From Thermoleophilia bacterium (GTDB lineage: Bacteria; Actinomycetota; Thermoleophilia; BMS3ABIN01), in contig JAENWV010000001.1 of the NCBI GenBank assembly GCA_016650015.1, positions 1 to 40,324 on the forward strand: a DNA stretch of 40,324 bases, written 5' to 3'. The translations under genes were made by a program, and so were the position numbers. How positions within the stretch are numbered: position 1 is the stretch's first letter; each line of letters opens with the position of its first letter. The notes beneath the pieces are model-generated. The model made no database searches and was not told where the DNA came from. It saw nothing but the letters and a program-made list of their open reading frames with translations. Below, in pieces: positions 8,946-17,397 of this stretch.

Positions 8946-9359
8946 ATGACCGCTTACAAGATCGCCTGCACGGTTATCCCTGAGCGTGAAGACGATGCAA
9001 TTTCGGCTAAATTCCTGATTGTCGCACCGGAAGACAGGATCGTCTGGATAGCGACCGCCAGTCCGAGACATTCACCCGACCTGAGCGCCGAAGGGCGAAA
9101 GCGGGCCGTAGCCCAGGCTGGCCTGCAAAGTCTTTTGGGCAAACTCAGACGCCAGGAAGCTGAAGATGGCGACATTTTATCGCTTACCGATCGGCAGATT
9201 GACTGCAGGGACCGTAATCTTGGTAAATGCAGCCGTTATCCACAGGTTACTGTGCAAGCTACCGGCGATTGTCCCGAGGGAGCGGTCGAGACCCGGGAAG
9301 AGGATGATTGCTATCCCGGAGTTCTGGAATGCTGGATGCTGGAAGAGGAAGTTGATTAG
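8946..9359 (+). CDS. Hypothetical Cys-rich acidic protein
   Basis: 137-aa ORF with an ATG 5 nt after GGGAGG and an intrinsic terminator downstream. I recognise no family. Confidence 0.55.
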   Translation: MTAYKIACTVIPEREDDAISAKFLIVAPEDRIVWIATASPRHSPDLSAEGRKRAVAQAGLQSLLGKLRRQEAEDGDILSLTDRQIDCRDRNLGKCSRYPQVTVQATGDCPEGAVETREEDDCYPGVLECWMLEEEVD

Positions 9360-9396
9360 TAGAACTTAGCATCAGTAATTCTTGCAAAGTTGTAAT

Positions 9397-9426
9397 GAAA
9401 AAGCGGGTTTTCGAGCCCGCTTTTTC
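9397..9426 (+). terminator. Rho-independent terminator (A-tract / hairpin / T-tract, potentially bidirectional)
   Basis: AAAAA-GCGGG(9403-9407)-TTTTCGAG-CCCGC(9416-9420)-TTTTT, 38 nt after the stop of the 8946 gene. Confidence 0.75.
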
Positions 9427-9430
9427 ATTC

Positions 9431-9459
9431 TTGCATACTACTATTGCTTGTAGTACTAT
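9431..9459 (+). promoter_or_regulatory. Candidate sigma-70-type promoter for the lipoprotein / 4Fe-4S membrane protein pair
   Basis: TTGCAT (9431-9436), a 17-nt spacer, then TACTAT (9454-9459). It lies just after the terminator and is followed by a GCCAAGC/GCTTGGC hairpin in the leader. Confidence 0.4.
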
Positions 9460-9558
9460 TTATCGTAGTCTGTTCAGGTAGCCAAGCTACACGGCTTGGC
9501 AACCGTAGACACATACCAAAGGGATTAACCAGAAATGAACACGATCACCGGAGGAAAA

Positions 9559-9894
9559 ATGAGAAAAGGACTGAATACAGCAATTGCTGCGGTCGCGGCG
9601 CTGGGGCTGCTGGCCTACGCCAGTGGCTGCGGCACCCAGGCCTCAACCGATGCGCAGAATCTGTCACAGGAAAAGTATGCCGGCATTGTGGTTGGAATGA
9701 CTGCTGACGCACTCAAGGCGATTGCTGGAGAACCGGCAAAAACAGAAGCCAAGAGCATGAGTGGTGGGCACTCGATGGGCAACGGCAGCAGCGGCGACTC
9801 CATGAATATGGAGTATTGGTACTACCAGGGAAGCAAGGGTTGGGTCCGGATAGAACTCGCGGACAATAAAGTGTCATCGAAATCCGGATATTAA
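9559..9894 (+). CDS. Putative lipoprotein with a Met/His/Gly/Ser-rich segment
   Basis: MRKGLNTAIAAVAALGLLAYASGC has a basic n-region, a hydrophobic core and a lipobox-like ASGC. The ATG at 9559 is preceded by GGAGG; the ORF track starts at 9535. The mature part contains SMSGGHSMGNGSSGDSMNME. Confidence 0.7.
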   Translation: MRKGLNTAIAAVAALGLLAYASGCGTQASTDAQNLSQEKYAGIVVGMTADALKAIAGEPAKTEAKSMSGGHSMGNGSSGDSMNMEYWYYQGSKGWVRIELADNKVSSKSGY

Positions 9895-9921
9895 CGATTA
9901 TCTTATGAAAGGGGTTTGAAC

Positions 9922-11484
9922 ATGGATCATGGTCACGCCGCCGCTTCCAGTGATTTTTCTCTTATAGTCCCATACCTGGTTTTTATCATCCTGGCGACGC
10001 CGGTCCTGGTTTGGCTGCTCGACCGGCATTCGCTGCGGCGCGATGCAGCTATTGCGCAAGAAAGCGAAACCCCGGACGAATCTGGAAGGCACCGTTACGA
10101 CCTCCTTGGTATTCCATGGGTACATCGGCTGCTAAAAACACGGGGTTTCCAGTTTGCCTTTCAGCTGCCGAGCGCACTGGTCTTTCTGCTGGTAATTGTC
10201 GCCGGTATCTGGGGGACCCAGCTGGGAGACAAGAATTTTGCCACGGTCGTCACCTGGTTAATCTGGTGGGCCGTCATCATCTTCACCTTTCTCTTTCTCT
10301 CCCGCACCTGGTGCATGCTCTGTCCGCTGGTATCCATCGCGGAATGGATGCAGCGGGGGAAACTTTGGGGAGTGGGGAAGAGGTTTTTCAGCCTGAACCG
10401 CAAGTGGCCGCGGGTGCTGCGCAATTTCTGGGTACCTACGGGCTTCTTCATCATCCTTACCTGGATGTATCTTTTCCTAGGGTTGGCCAGCAGCCCGCTC
10501 TATACGGCGCTGGTGACAATAGGCCTGTTTATTGTCCCGGCGATCGTCGTCTCGCTTATTTTTCAACGCCGGACTTTCTGCCGTTATGTCTGCCCGATCG
10601 GCGGCATTATTGGCGCCTACTCGATGACGGCACCGCTGGAGCTGCGCAACCGCAGTGACGAGGTTTGCCGAAGCTGCAAACAAAAATCGTGTTATCGCGG
10701 CAGCGAGAACGGCTACGGCTGCCCGATGTTCGAGTTGCCCCAGACGATGGAGACCAATACCTACTGCACGATGTGCACCGAGTGCATCAAAACCTGCCCG
10801 AACGATAATATTGCCCTCAATGTCCGGCCGTTTTTATCTGATCTCTGGAAGACGAAGAAGCTGGGTTTTGATGTCGCTGCGATCGTTGTAATCTTGTTGG
10901 GGGTCACGGTGTTCCAGACGCTTTCGATGGTCGAGCCCTGGAACGATGCCTCAAACGCCTTGATGGAGGCTACCGGTCTTGGGGAGAATACAGTGCTGAC
11001 CCTGAGCTACCTTGTGCTGGCCGTTTTTGCACCGATGCTCATCTTCTCGCTGTGGTCGGTGACAAGCAGACGGCTCGGCGGCAAGGAAGTATCGCTAAAG
11101 AGCGTGTTTATAGGTTTCTCCTTCGCCTTCCTGCCCATAGCGCTTTCGTCACACCTCGCACATAACCTGGTCCACTTCTTCGAGGAAGGCACGGCCATAG
11201 TACCGGTATTATCGGACCCGCTTGGCCGTGGCTGGGATCTTTTTGGCACCGCGAATATTATTGCCGAACCACTGTTGCATACTGAAACGCTCAGGCTTGT
11301 TCAAATGACATTGATAGCGATCGGATACCTTGGGGCTGTGTATGTCGGTTGGCGGGTGGCGCGGCAGACATTCGGCGACCGCCTGCGGTCAGTGATCGGG
11401 CTATCGCCGATGCTGGTATTGATGATCGCTTTTGCGGCACTGAATCTGTGGCTCCTCAACCTGCCCATGGGCATGAGGGAATGA
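9922..11484 (+). CDS. Polytopic membrane 4Fe-4S protein (NapH/NosR/CcoG-like CxxCP-type)
   Basis: It has many hydrophobic helices. Motifs are WCMLCP, FCRYVCPIGG, CRSCKQKSC...GCP and the ferredoxin motif CTMCTECIKTCP. The ATG at 9922 is 7 nt after AAGGGG; the ORF track starts at TTG 9916. Confidence 0.75.
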   Translation: MDHGHAAASSDFSLIVPYLVFIILATPVLVWLLDRHSLRRDAAIAQESETPDESGRHRYDLLGIPWVHRLLKTRGFQFAFQLPSALVFLLVIVAGIWGTQLGDKNFATVVTWLIWWAVIIFTFLFLSRTWCMLCPLVSIAEWMQRGKLWGVGKRFFSLNRKWPRVLRNFWVPTGFFIILTWMYLFLGLASSPLYTALVTIGLFIVPAIVVSLIFQRRTFCRYVCPIGGIIGAYSMTAPLELRNRSDEVCRSCKQKSCYRGSENGYGCPMFELPQTMETNTYCTMCTECIKTCPNDNIALNVRPFLSDLWKTKKLGFDVAAIVVILLGVTVFQTLSMVEPWNDASNALMEATGLGENTVLTLSYLVLAVFAPMLIFSLWSVTSRRLGGKEVSLKSVFIGFSFAFLPIALSSHLAHNLVHFFEEGTAIVPVLSDPLGRGWDLFGTANIIAEPLLHTETLRLVQMTLIAIGYLGAVYVGWRVARQTFGDRLRSVIGLSPMLVLMIAFAALNLWLLNLPMGMRE

Positions 11485-12461
11485 CCGTTATGGGTGTATC
11501 GGGTGATCCACAGGTCGCAGATACCGTCGGAATTGCCGCTCTGTTCGTGCTGAGTGAAACAGATGAACGCTTCCCTTTGGTCAGATCCGGCGACCGCCAG
11601 CGCACTTGAAGCGAAAATCATTATCGCTACCAGTGCTCCCACAGCAAACATCATCGGGCGATGCCAGCGCCACGAGGAACCTTCCTTCCCCAGCAGCAGG
11701 TCTTCCAGGCGGGCGGTGAGACTCTTTCCATTGCCTGTGACTGCCACGGATAAGGAAAGCTCACCTGGCGCCAAAGCCGTTCCTGAGCCAGCTATCCTCG
11801 ACAGAGCGCTGGCAACAGCCAGCTTGCCACCCGGATTAACTGCAGCCTTATGGTCAGCTGCATGCTCCAGGTTATTGCGCATTTCCCGAAAAGCCAGGCG
11901 GGGTCCGGGGAGATAAAAAAGGGTCAGCGTCACAGCCTTGGCGACCGCCGCGAACAGGTTGTCCCGGGCAGCGCGATGCGATTCTTCATGCAATACCACC
12001 GCCTCCAGTTCATTTCCTTCGAGGCTTTGGATGAGGCCTTCTGAAAACATTATCCGCGGCTTTAGCAAGCCGACAGTCAGAGCTTCCAGTCGCCGGTCTC
12101 CCGGAACGACTCTGATATAAGATGCCCATTTTGTTCCTGCAAACTCCTGAAGCGCCGGGCAGGAAATGCCTGCGTCACGCCGGCGCGCCTTCTCCGCGTG
12201 GCTCACTCGCAATAACGATGAACCACCACCGACAAGAAATGCCAGCTGGGTTAGAAAGATCGCCGCAACGATAATCGCCAGGAGATAGTTCCAGTTGCTG
12301 GCTGCGAGAAACCCGTGCGCTGCCGCGAAAACGCCGCCACAGGCGTCACCCATGGCGGCAAAGAAAGATCCGGATACGAATCTGAGAAGTAGCAGCGCAA
12401 ACACGACTCCGGTAGCGATTCCAGTGGCCAGAATGGATACAAAATTAGCCATCGCTGACAT
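11301..12461 (-). CDS. M56-family (BlaR1/MecR1-like) membrane metalloprotease / signal transducer
   Basis: HExxH in VVLHEESHRAARDN, N-terminal TM helices, and a position directly downstream of a BlaI-family repressor gene. The frame stays open upstream to 12545 (see findings). The 3' end overlaps the convergent gene by 184 nt. Confidence 0.75.
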   Translation of the reverse strand: MSAMANFVSILATGIATGVVFALLLLRFVSGSFFAAMGDACGGVFAAAHGFLAASNWNYLLAIIVAAIFLTQLAFLVGGGSSLLRVSHAEKARRRDAGISCPALQEFAGTKWASYIRVVPGDRRLEALTVGLLKPRIMFSEGLIQSLEGNELEAVVLHEESHRAARDNLFAAVAKAVTLTLFYLPGPRLAFREMRNNLEHAADHKAAVNPGGKLAVASALSRIAGSGTALAPGELSLSVAVTGNGKSLTARLEDLLLGKEGSSWRWHRPMMFAVGALVAIMIFASSALAVAGSDQREAFICFTQHEQSGNSDGICDLWITRYTHNGHSLMPMGRLRSHRFSAAKAIINTSIGDSPITDRRRSPNVCRATRQPTYTAPRYPIAINVI

Positions 12462-12541
12462 TCGGGGCCGTATTTTACCGCGAAGCCAGCGTCTGATTAT
12501 CCAGGGGCTCGCAAGTATTATCAGATAAGAAAGGATCAGGG

Positions 12542-12994
12542 TCAGGTAGCCGATCGATCCGCCTCTCCCTTTTTTTGCTCGATCAGCCGTAACAGTTCGT
12601 CAAGCTTGCCCGCATCCTCTGCGCCTACCGTTTCAACAAAGTTTGAGAGCACCGGTTCGCCGAAACCTCCCAAAAGACCCCGCATAACCGTGCTGATAGT
12701 TTCCGAACAAAACTCCTCGCGGCTCTGCGTGGGGGCATACAGGTAGGCCCGTCCATGCTGTTCTCGCTTGAGAATCCCTTTTTCGGCCAGACGGCTCATT
12801 ACAGTCATGGCCGTCGTATAGGCGATGGGACGGGTTTGGGCAAGACTTTCGTGCACGTCGCGCACGCTCGCGGGGCTTTTCTGCCAGAGGAGTTCCATGA
12901 TATCGGCTTCGAGATCACCCAGAACCTGCCGGATACCCTCGTTCGAGGTCTTCAGGTTTATTAATCTGGTGGATTTCTTACGCTTTAAAGCCAT
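12542..12994 (-). CDS. BlaI/MecI/CopY-family transcriptional repressor
   Basis: Winged-helix N-domain (LGDLEADIMELLWQKSPASVRDVHESL...YTTAMTVMSRLAEKGILKRE..GRAYLY). It has no C-terminal CxC copper motif. Confidence 0.85.
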   Translation of the reverse strand: MALKRKKSTRLINLKTSNEGIRQVLGDLEADIMELLWQKSPASVRDVHESLAQTRPIAYTTAMTVMSRLAEKGILKREQHGRAYLYAPTQSREEFCSETISTVMRGLLGGFGEPVLSNFVETVGAEDAGKLDELLRLIEQKKGEADRSAT

Positions 12995-13002
12995 GCGTAA
13001 AT

Positions 13003-13021
13003 TGTACTACTCGCTGTAGTG
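13003..13021. promoter_or_regulatory. Candidate BlaI-type operator (TGTA/TACA-containing dyad)
   Basis: TGTACTAC-TCGC-TGTAGTG, with an ACTAC/GTAGT inverted repeat (13006-13010 / 13016-13020), 9-27 nt upstream of the repressor start. Weak pattern only. Confidence 0.2.
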
Positions 13022-13079
13022 AAAAACCAGTTAATTTACTGTGACTGCCTTGAGATTCCAGGGAAGAAAAACCAGTTTT

Positions 13080-13778
13080 TCAGCTCGTGCCTGTCGCGCC
13101 CGGATTATCCGCTTGATACGTGTTCGGGGCAGGGCGTATTACCGTCATGGTCATCAGGAAACCGATGAACATGACGGTAATGCCGATCGCCTGCCCGATC
13201 GAATGAAAACCGGGACGGCCAAAAGTAGCCAGACTTCCCGCCATGGCTACGATCAGCGTACCGATGGCGATAAGAATGTTTGCCCGTCTGTATCGACCGC
13301 GGAGGGCTGAATAAATCGCTCCACCGGCGATTATCAGGGTACCGATGCTGGTCATTGTTATCATCATGATTTTAATCAGCGCTGAACGGTTAATTGCCTG
13401 CCAGCCCGGTTCGGTATCAGACTTTAATTTAATCGGGTCGACTTCGGCTCCAGCCAGAAGGATTATCGAGAATACTGTTGCGCCAACCATCATTGCCAGC
13501 CAGAGGTTGGCAATCTTCCTGGGGGCGAGCAGATAAAGAGTGCCAAGCGCCAGGTAACCAACTACCACCATGGCTCCCGTCAGATAGTAGGTCTTGGCGA
13601 TGAGCGAGGTCCAGCCGCTGACGCTCGCCAGGAAATCACAAGCAGTTCCAAGGCCAAACAGGAACAAGGCAAAGCTCCAGGCCAGATGTGCCGGATTCCG
13701 CCTGGTCAGGTAAAGTCGCAGTACTATTCCCGAGAAAAATGCGCTGATAACAGTGGCGAAAAGCGGGAAAATCCACAT
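13080..13778 (-). CDS. Hypothetical integral membrane protein
   Basis: 232-aa ORF made almost entirely of hydrophobic helices (about 7). I recognise no family. Confidence 0.6.
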   Translation of the reverse strand: MWIFPLFATVISAFFSGIVLRLYLTRRNPAHLAWSFALFLFGLGTACDFLASVSGWTSLIAKTYYLTGAMVVVGYLALGTLYLLAPRKIANLWLAMMVGATVFSIILLAGAEVDPIKLKSDTEPGWQAINRSALIKIMMITMTSIGTLIIAGGAIYSALRGRYRRANILIAIGTLIVAMAGSLATFGRPGFHSIGQAIGITVMFIGFLMTMTVIRPAPNTYQADNPGATGTS

Positions 13779-13793
13779 TACTGCTCCTCCATT

Positions 13794-14201
13794 CTACGGT
13801 TTCATTTCCTGGTGAACCTTTTTAATACATTGATTCATTACGACCTGAAGGCCACCTTCCCTGGCAATTCTCGCGGCATCGTCACTGACGATGCCCTCCT
13901 GAAGCCAGAGCGTTTTCGCTCCAATAGCGACCGCGGCGCGTGCGATCCCGGGGCAGGCTTCAGGCTTTCGGAAAACGTCAACAACATCCACGGACAATGG
14001 TACTTCCACTAGATTCTCATAACAGGTGCGACCCAGTATTTCCTTCACTTTGGGGCGTATCGGAATAACCTGGAAGCCATTTTCAATCAGGTAACTCATC
14101 ACCATATGGCTGGGACGTCCCGGGTTGGGCGATGCACCCACAACCGCTATCACCCTGGTGCCGGCTATTATCGATTCGATTCTGTCCTCCAGGCTTGCCA
14201 T
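13794..14201 (-). CDS. CoA-binding domain protein (YccU/YneT-like)
   Basis: IAVVGASPNPGRPS...GFQVIPIRPK...VDVVDVFRKPE...LWLQEG. Confidence 0.8.
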   Translation of the reverse strand: MASLEDRIESIIAGTRVIAVVGASPNPGRPSHMVMSYLIENGFQVIPIRPKVKEILGRTCYENLVEVPLSVDVVDVFRKPEACPGIARAAVAIGAKTLWLQEGIVSDDAARIAREGGLQVVMNQCIKKVHQEMKP

Positions 14202-14376
14202 CGCGCTGACATTATCATAAAAACGAGCCGGGTTTATGCTACAATACGCTGGCTAAAAGGCTGTGGCAGAAGGCTGCGGTCCGTATAGGGATGTCATGGC
14301 TCGACGGTGGAACGCCGCCCTTCCGGAGAGCCCATCTAAGAGCGGCAATTTAAAGCTCGAGAGAAAGGATCTCGGT

Positions 14377-15453
14377 TTGACTGCTGTATCGATGAAAGAA
14401 CTGCTTGAGTCCGGAGTTCACTTCGGACACCAGACCCGCCGCTGGAACCCCAGGATGAAGCCTTACATCTTCACCGAACGCGGCGGCATCTACATCATTG
14501 ACCTCCAGAAGACCATCAGGCTGATCGATGACGCCTACGACTTCATCAAAGACCTGACCGCTGCCGGCAAAAAGGTGCTTTTTGTAGGCACCAAGAAGCA
14601 ATGTCAGGACACGATCGCTGAAGAAGCCGTGCGTTCCGGCATGCCGTTCGTATCACACCGCTGGCTTGGCGGACTGCTAACGAATTACAGTACGATATCC
14701 CACCGCATCAAAAGAATGCATGAACTGCGGCGCCTGCGTGAAGAGGGCCAGATCGAACTGCTTCCCACACGTGAGCAGATGAACCTGCTGGCGGAGCTGA
14801 AAAAACTGGAGACCAACCTTGGCGGCGTCTCTGACATGGAAAGGCTTCCCGCCGCCGTATTCGTCATCGACCCACGCCGCGAGGCTATCGTTATCAAGGA
14901 AGCCCGCAAGCTCAAGCTTCCCATCGTGGCGCTCGTCGACACGAACTGTGACCCGAACGAAGTCGACTATGTCATTCCCGGCAATGATGATGCCATCCGC
15001 TCCTGCGGACTTATCATCCGCGCCATGGCCGAAGCCGCAGTCGAAGGCAAGCAGCTTCTGACTGAGAAGGAATTACAGGCCGGAAAGGCAGCCGCGGAAG
15101 CTGCGGCAAAAGCTGCTGTTGCCGCTGAGGCGGCCGCGAAGGTTGCCGCTGAGGCGGCTGCGAAGGTTGCCGCTGAGGCGGCCGCGAAGGCTGGACCCGC
15201 TGCCGATGAAACAAAAGCATCCGCCGGAAAAAAATCCGGACCCAAGACTGGCGGCAAACCTTCCGGCCAGCCCAGGGCCGCAGCCAAAACAAAGCCTGCG
15301 CCTAAGCCGAAGGCCGCCGCGGCGTCCGGTGGTACTGCGGTTCCCGCTGCCAAAACAGCCAGGAAAGACACAGCTAAGTCTCCCACGGAAAAGGAAGCCG
15401 GCCGGAAAGAAAAGGCCGCAGAAGAGAACAGCGAGGTGGAAAGTGGCAGTTAG
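14377..15453 (+). CDS. rpsB: 30S ribosomal protein S2 with a long Ala/Lys/Glu/Pro-rich C-terminal extension
   Basis: (M)TAVSMKELLESGVHFGHQTRRWNPRM. I chose the TTG at 14377, 7 nt after AAAGGA, which gives the canonical N-terminus; the ORF track starts at 14263. About 110 extra C-terminal residues are low complexity. Confidence 0.95.
   Translation: MTAVSMKELLESGVHFGHQTRRWNPRMKPYIFTERGGIYIIDLQKTIRLIDDAYDFIKDLTAAGKKVLFVGTKKQCQDTIAEEAVRSGMPFVSHRWLGGLLTNYSTISHRIKRMHELRRLREEGQIELLPTREQMNLLAELKKLETNLGGVSDMERLPAAVFVIDPRREAIVIKEARKLKLPIVALVDTNCDPNEVDYVIPGNDDAIRSCGLIIRAMAEAAVEGKQLLTEKELQAGKAAAEAAAKAAVAAEAAAKVAAEAAAKVAAEAAAKAGPAADETKASAGKKSGPKTGGKPSGQPRAAAKTKPAPKPKAAAASGGTAVPAAKTARKDTAKSPTEKEAGRKEKAAEENSEVESGS
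15118..15189 (+). repeat. 3 x 24-nt in-frame tandem repeat inside the rpsB tail
   Basis: GTTGCCGCTGAGGCGGC(C/T)GCGAAG occurs three times (15118-15141, 15142-15165, 15166-15189), encoding (VAAEAAAK)x3. Degenerate copies lie upstream. Confidence 0.9.
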
Positions 15454-16042
15454 CGCTAAGGAAGTAAAAGAGCTCCGCGAACAGACCGGAGCGGGCATGA
15501 TGGACTGTAAAAAAGCCCTCTCGGAATGCAGTGGCAACAGGGAGGACGCGGTTAAGCTTCTGAGAACCAAAGGTCTGGCTGATGCCGCGAAGCGTAGCGG
15601 GCGGGCCGCGAATGAAGGACTTGTAGACAGTTATATACACGCTGGTGGCAAGATAGGCGTACTGGTGGAGGTCAACAGTGAGACAGACTTCGTCGCCCGC
15701 AACGACGACTTCAAGGCGTTTGTCCATGATGTCGCCATGCATATAGCCGCCGCGGCGCCAAAATACATCAGCCGCGAGGACGTGCCCGCCGACGTCATCG
15801 AGGCAGAGCTATCCATTTACAAGGAGCAGGCCAAGGCTACCGGCAAGCCCGAAAACATCCTTGAAAAAATCGCAACAGGCAAGCTCGATAAATATTTTGA
15901 GCAGATCTGCCTGCTGGAGCAGCCTTTCGTCAAGGATGACAAACTGACGGTGGAGCAGTTGCTGGGTGAGCTGGTAGGCAAGATCGGCGAGAATATCGGT
16001 ATCAGGCGATTTGTCCGCTTCGAGCTGGGCAAGGACAGTTGA
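15443..16042 (+). CDS. tsf: Elongation factor Ts (short ~200-aa form)
   Basis: (M)[25 protein letters not shown]. The GTG at 15443 follows GAGGTGG. The upstream 108 codons in the ORF track are an open alternate frame of the rpsB tail. Confidence 0.95.
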   Translation: MAVSAKEVKELREQTGAGMMDCKKALSECSGNREDAVKLLRTKGLADAAKRSGRAANEGLVDSYIHAGGKIGVLVEVNSETDFVARNDDFKAFVHDVAMHIAAAAPKYISREDVPADVIEAELSIYKEQAKATGKPENILEKIATGKLDKYFEQICLLEQPFVKDDKLTVEQLLGELVGKIGENIGIRRFVRFELGKDS

Positions 16043-16809
16043 CGCCGGAGCCTAAACCGGCGACCCTACAGGACTATGCCGGCAAACCGGCGGTCTTCAA
16101 GCGGGTGCTGATTAAACTTTCAGGGCAAGCGCTGCAGGGAGATGAGCTGCTCAGCATCGACCCGGACAAGATCCAGGCGATTGCCAATCAGGTTCATACC
16201 GCCTGGGAGCGTGGAGTGGAGATTGCCATAGTCGTCGGCGCCGGCAACATCTTCCGCGGGGTTGCGGGCAGCACGAGGGGAATGGATCGTTCAACCGGTG
16301 ACTACATGGGCATGATCGCAACGGTTCTCAACGCTCTGGCGCTTCAGGATGGCATGGAGAAATTCGGTCTCGATACCAGGGTACAGTCGGCCATCCACAT
16401 GCAGGAAGTGGCCGAACCCTATATACGCAGGCGCGCAATGCGGCATCTGGAGAAAAAGCGCATCGTTATCTTCGCCGCCGGCACCGGTAATCCATATTTC
16501 ACCACCGACACGGCCGCGGCCTTGCGGGCGCTGGAAATAGGCGCTGAGGCCATCCTGATGGCCAAGCGCAGCTTCGACGGTATCTATGATTCTGACCCGG
16601 AGACCAACGCGGAAGCGGTTTTTCTCCCCAGGATCACCCATCTTGAAGCAATCGAGCAGGGGCTCAGGGTAATGGATACCACAGCCCTCTCGCTGTGCAT
16701 GGATAATGGCTTGCCGATCCACGTCTTCAACATGACCAACGAAGTCAATATACAGCGGGTACTTTCTGGCGAAAGAACCGGAACTATAGTAAGCTCTCCG
16801 GCGAAATAA
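16039..16809 (+). CDS. pyrH: UMP kinase
   Basis: [45 protein letters not shown] start in a TTGA overlap with the tsf stop. Confidence 0.95.
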   Translation: MTPEPKPATLQDYAGKPAVFKRVLIKLSGQALQGDELLSIDPDKIQAIANQVHTAWERGVEIAIVVGAGNIFRGVAGSTRGMDRSTGDYMGMIATVLNALALQDGMEKFGLDTRVQSAIHMQEVAEPYIRRRAMRHLEKKRIVIFAAGTGNPYFTTDTAAALRALEIGAEAILMAKRSFDGIYDSDPETNAEAVFLPRITHLEAIEQGLRVMDTTALSLCMDNGLPIHVFNMTNEVNIQRVLSGERTGTIVSSPAK

Positions 16810-16830
16810 CCGGTAATCCAGGGAGGTCAG

Positions 16831-17397
16831 ATGAACGAGATGGTCGACGAGTTTCTCGAAGACGGGCGCGACCGCATGGACAAGGCCGTAGTCGCCTGCC
16901 ATAACGAGTTCAACACCGTCCGGACTGGCAGAGCCTCTACTGCGCTTCTCGACCGGATTGTGGTTGATTATTACGGAAACAAGACGCCTCTCAAACAACT
17001 CGCCAACATCAGCGCTCCCGAACCGCGGCTACTGGTTATAACCCCCTACGATAAATCATCCATCAAGGAGATCGAACACGCCATCATGGATTCGGAGTTA
17101 GGGCTTAATCCCAACAACGACGGCAATGTAATCCGGCTTTCCATACCCGAGCTGACGGAAGAGCGCCGCCGTGAGCTTGTGAAGGTAGTGAAGGGTCTTT
17201 CAGAGAATGGCCGGGTGGCGGTACGCAATATCCGCCGCCATGTGCTACACGACCTTGAGGAACTGCAGAAGGAAGGCGAAATTTCCGAGGATGAGCTGCG
17301 TCGCACAAAGGAAGAAATGCAAAAGATGACAGATCAACATATTGAGAAGATCGACGAGATGCTGAAACGCAAGGAAGGTGAGATTCTGGAGGTTTGA
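16831..17397 (+). CDS. frr: Ribosome recycling factor
   Basis: VRTGRASTALLDRIVVDYYGNKTPLKQLA...IPELTEERRRELVK. ATG 6 nt after GGGAGG. Confidence 0.95.
   Translation: MNEMVDEFLEDGRDRMDKAVVACHNEFNTVRTGRASTALLDRIVVDYYGNKTPLKQLANISAPEPRLLVITPYDKSSIKEIEHAIMDSELGLNPNNDGNVIRLSIPELTEERRRELVKVVKGLSENGRVAVRNIRRHVLHDLEELQKEGEISEDELRRTKEEMQKMTDQHIEKIDEMLKRKEGEILEV

Noticed and set aside
14967-15570. A cluster of overlapping ORFs on both strands across the rpsB tail (15014-15292, 14967-15386, 15073-15570, and the 5' part of 15119-16042).
   Set aside because: They are products of the stop-free, GC-rich Ala/Lys/Pro-coding repeat. The real tsf start is the GTG at 15443, which gives the canonical EF-Ts N-terminus.
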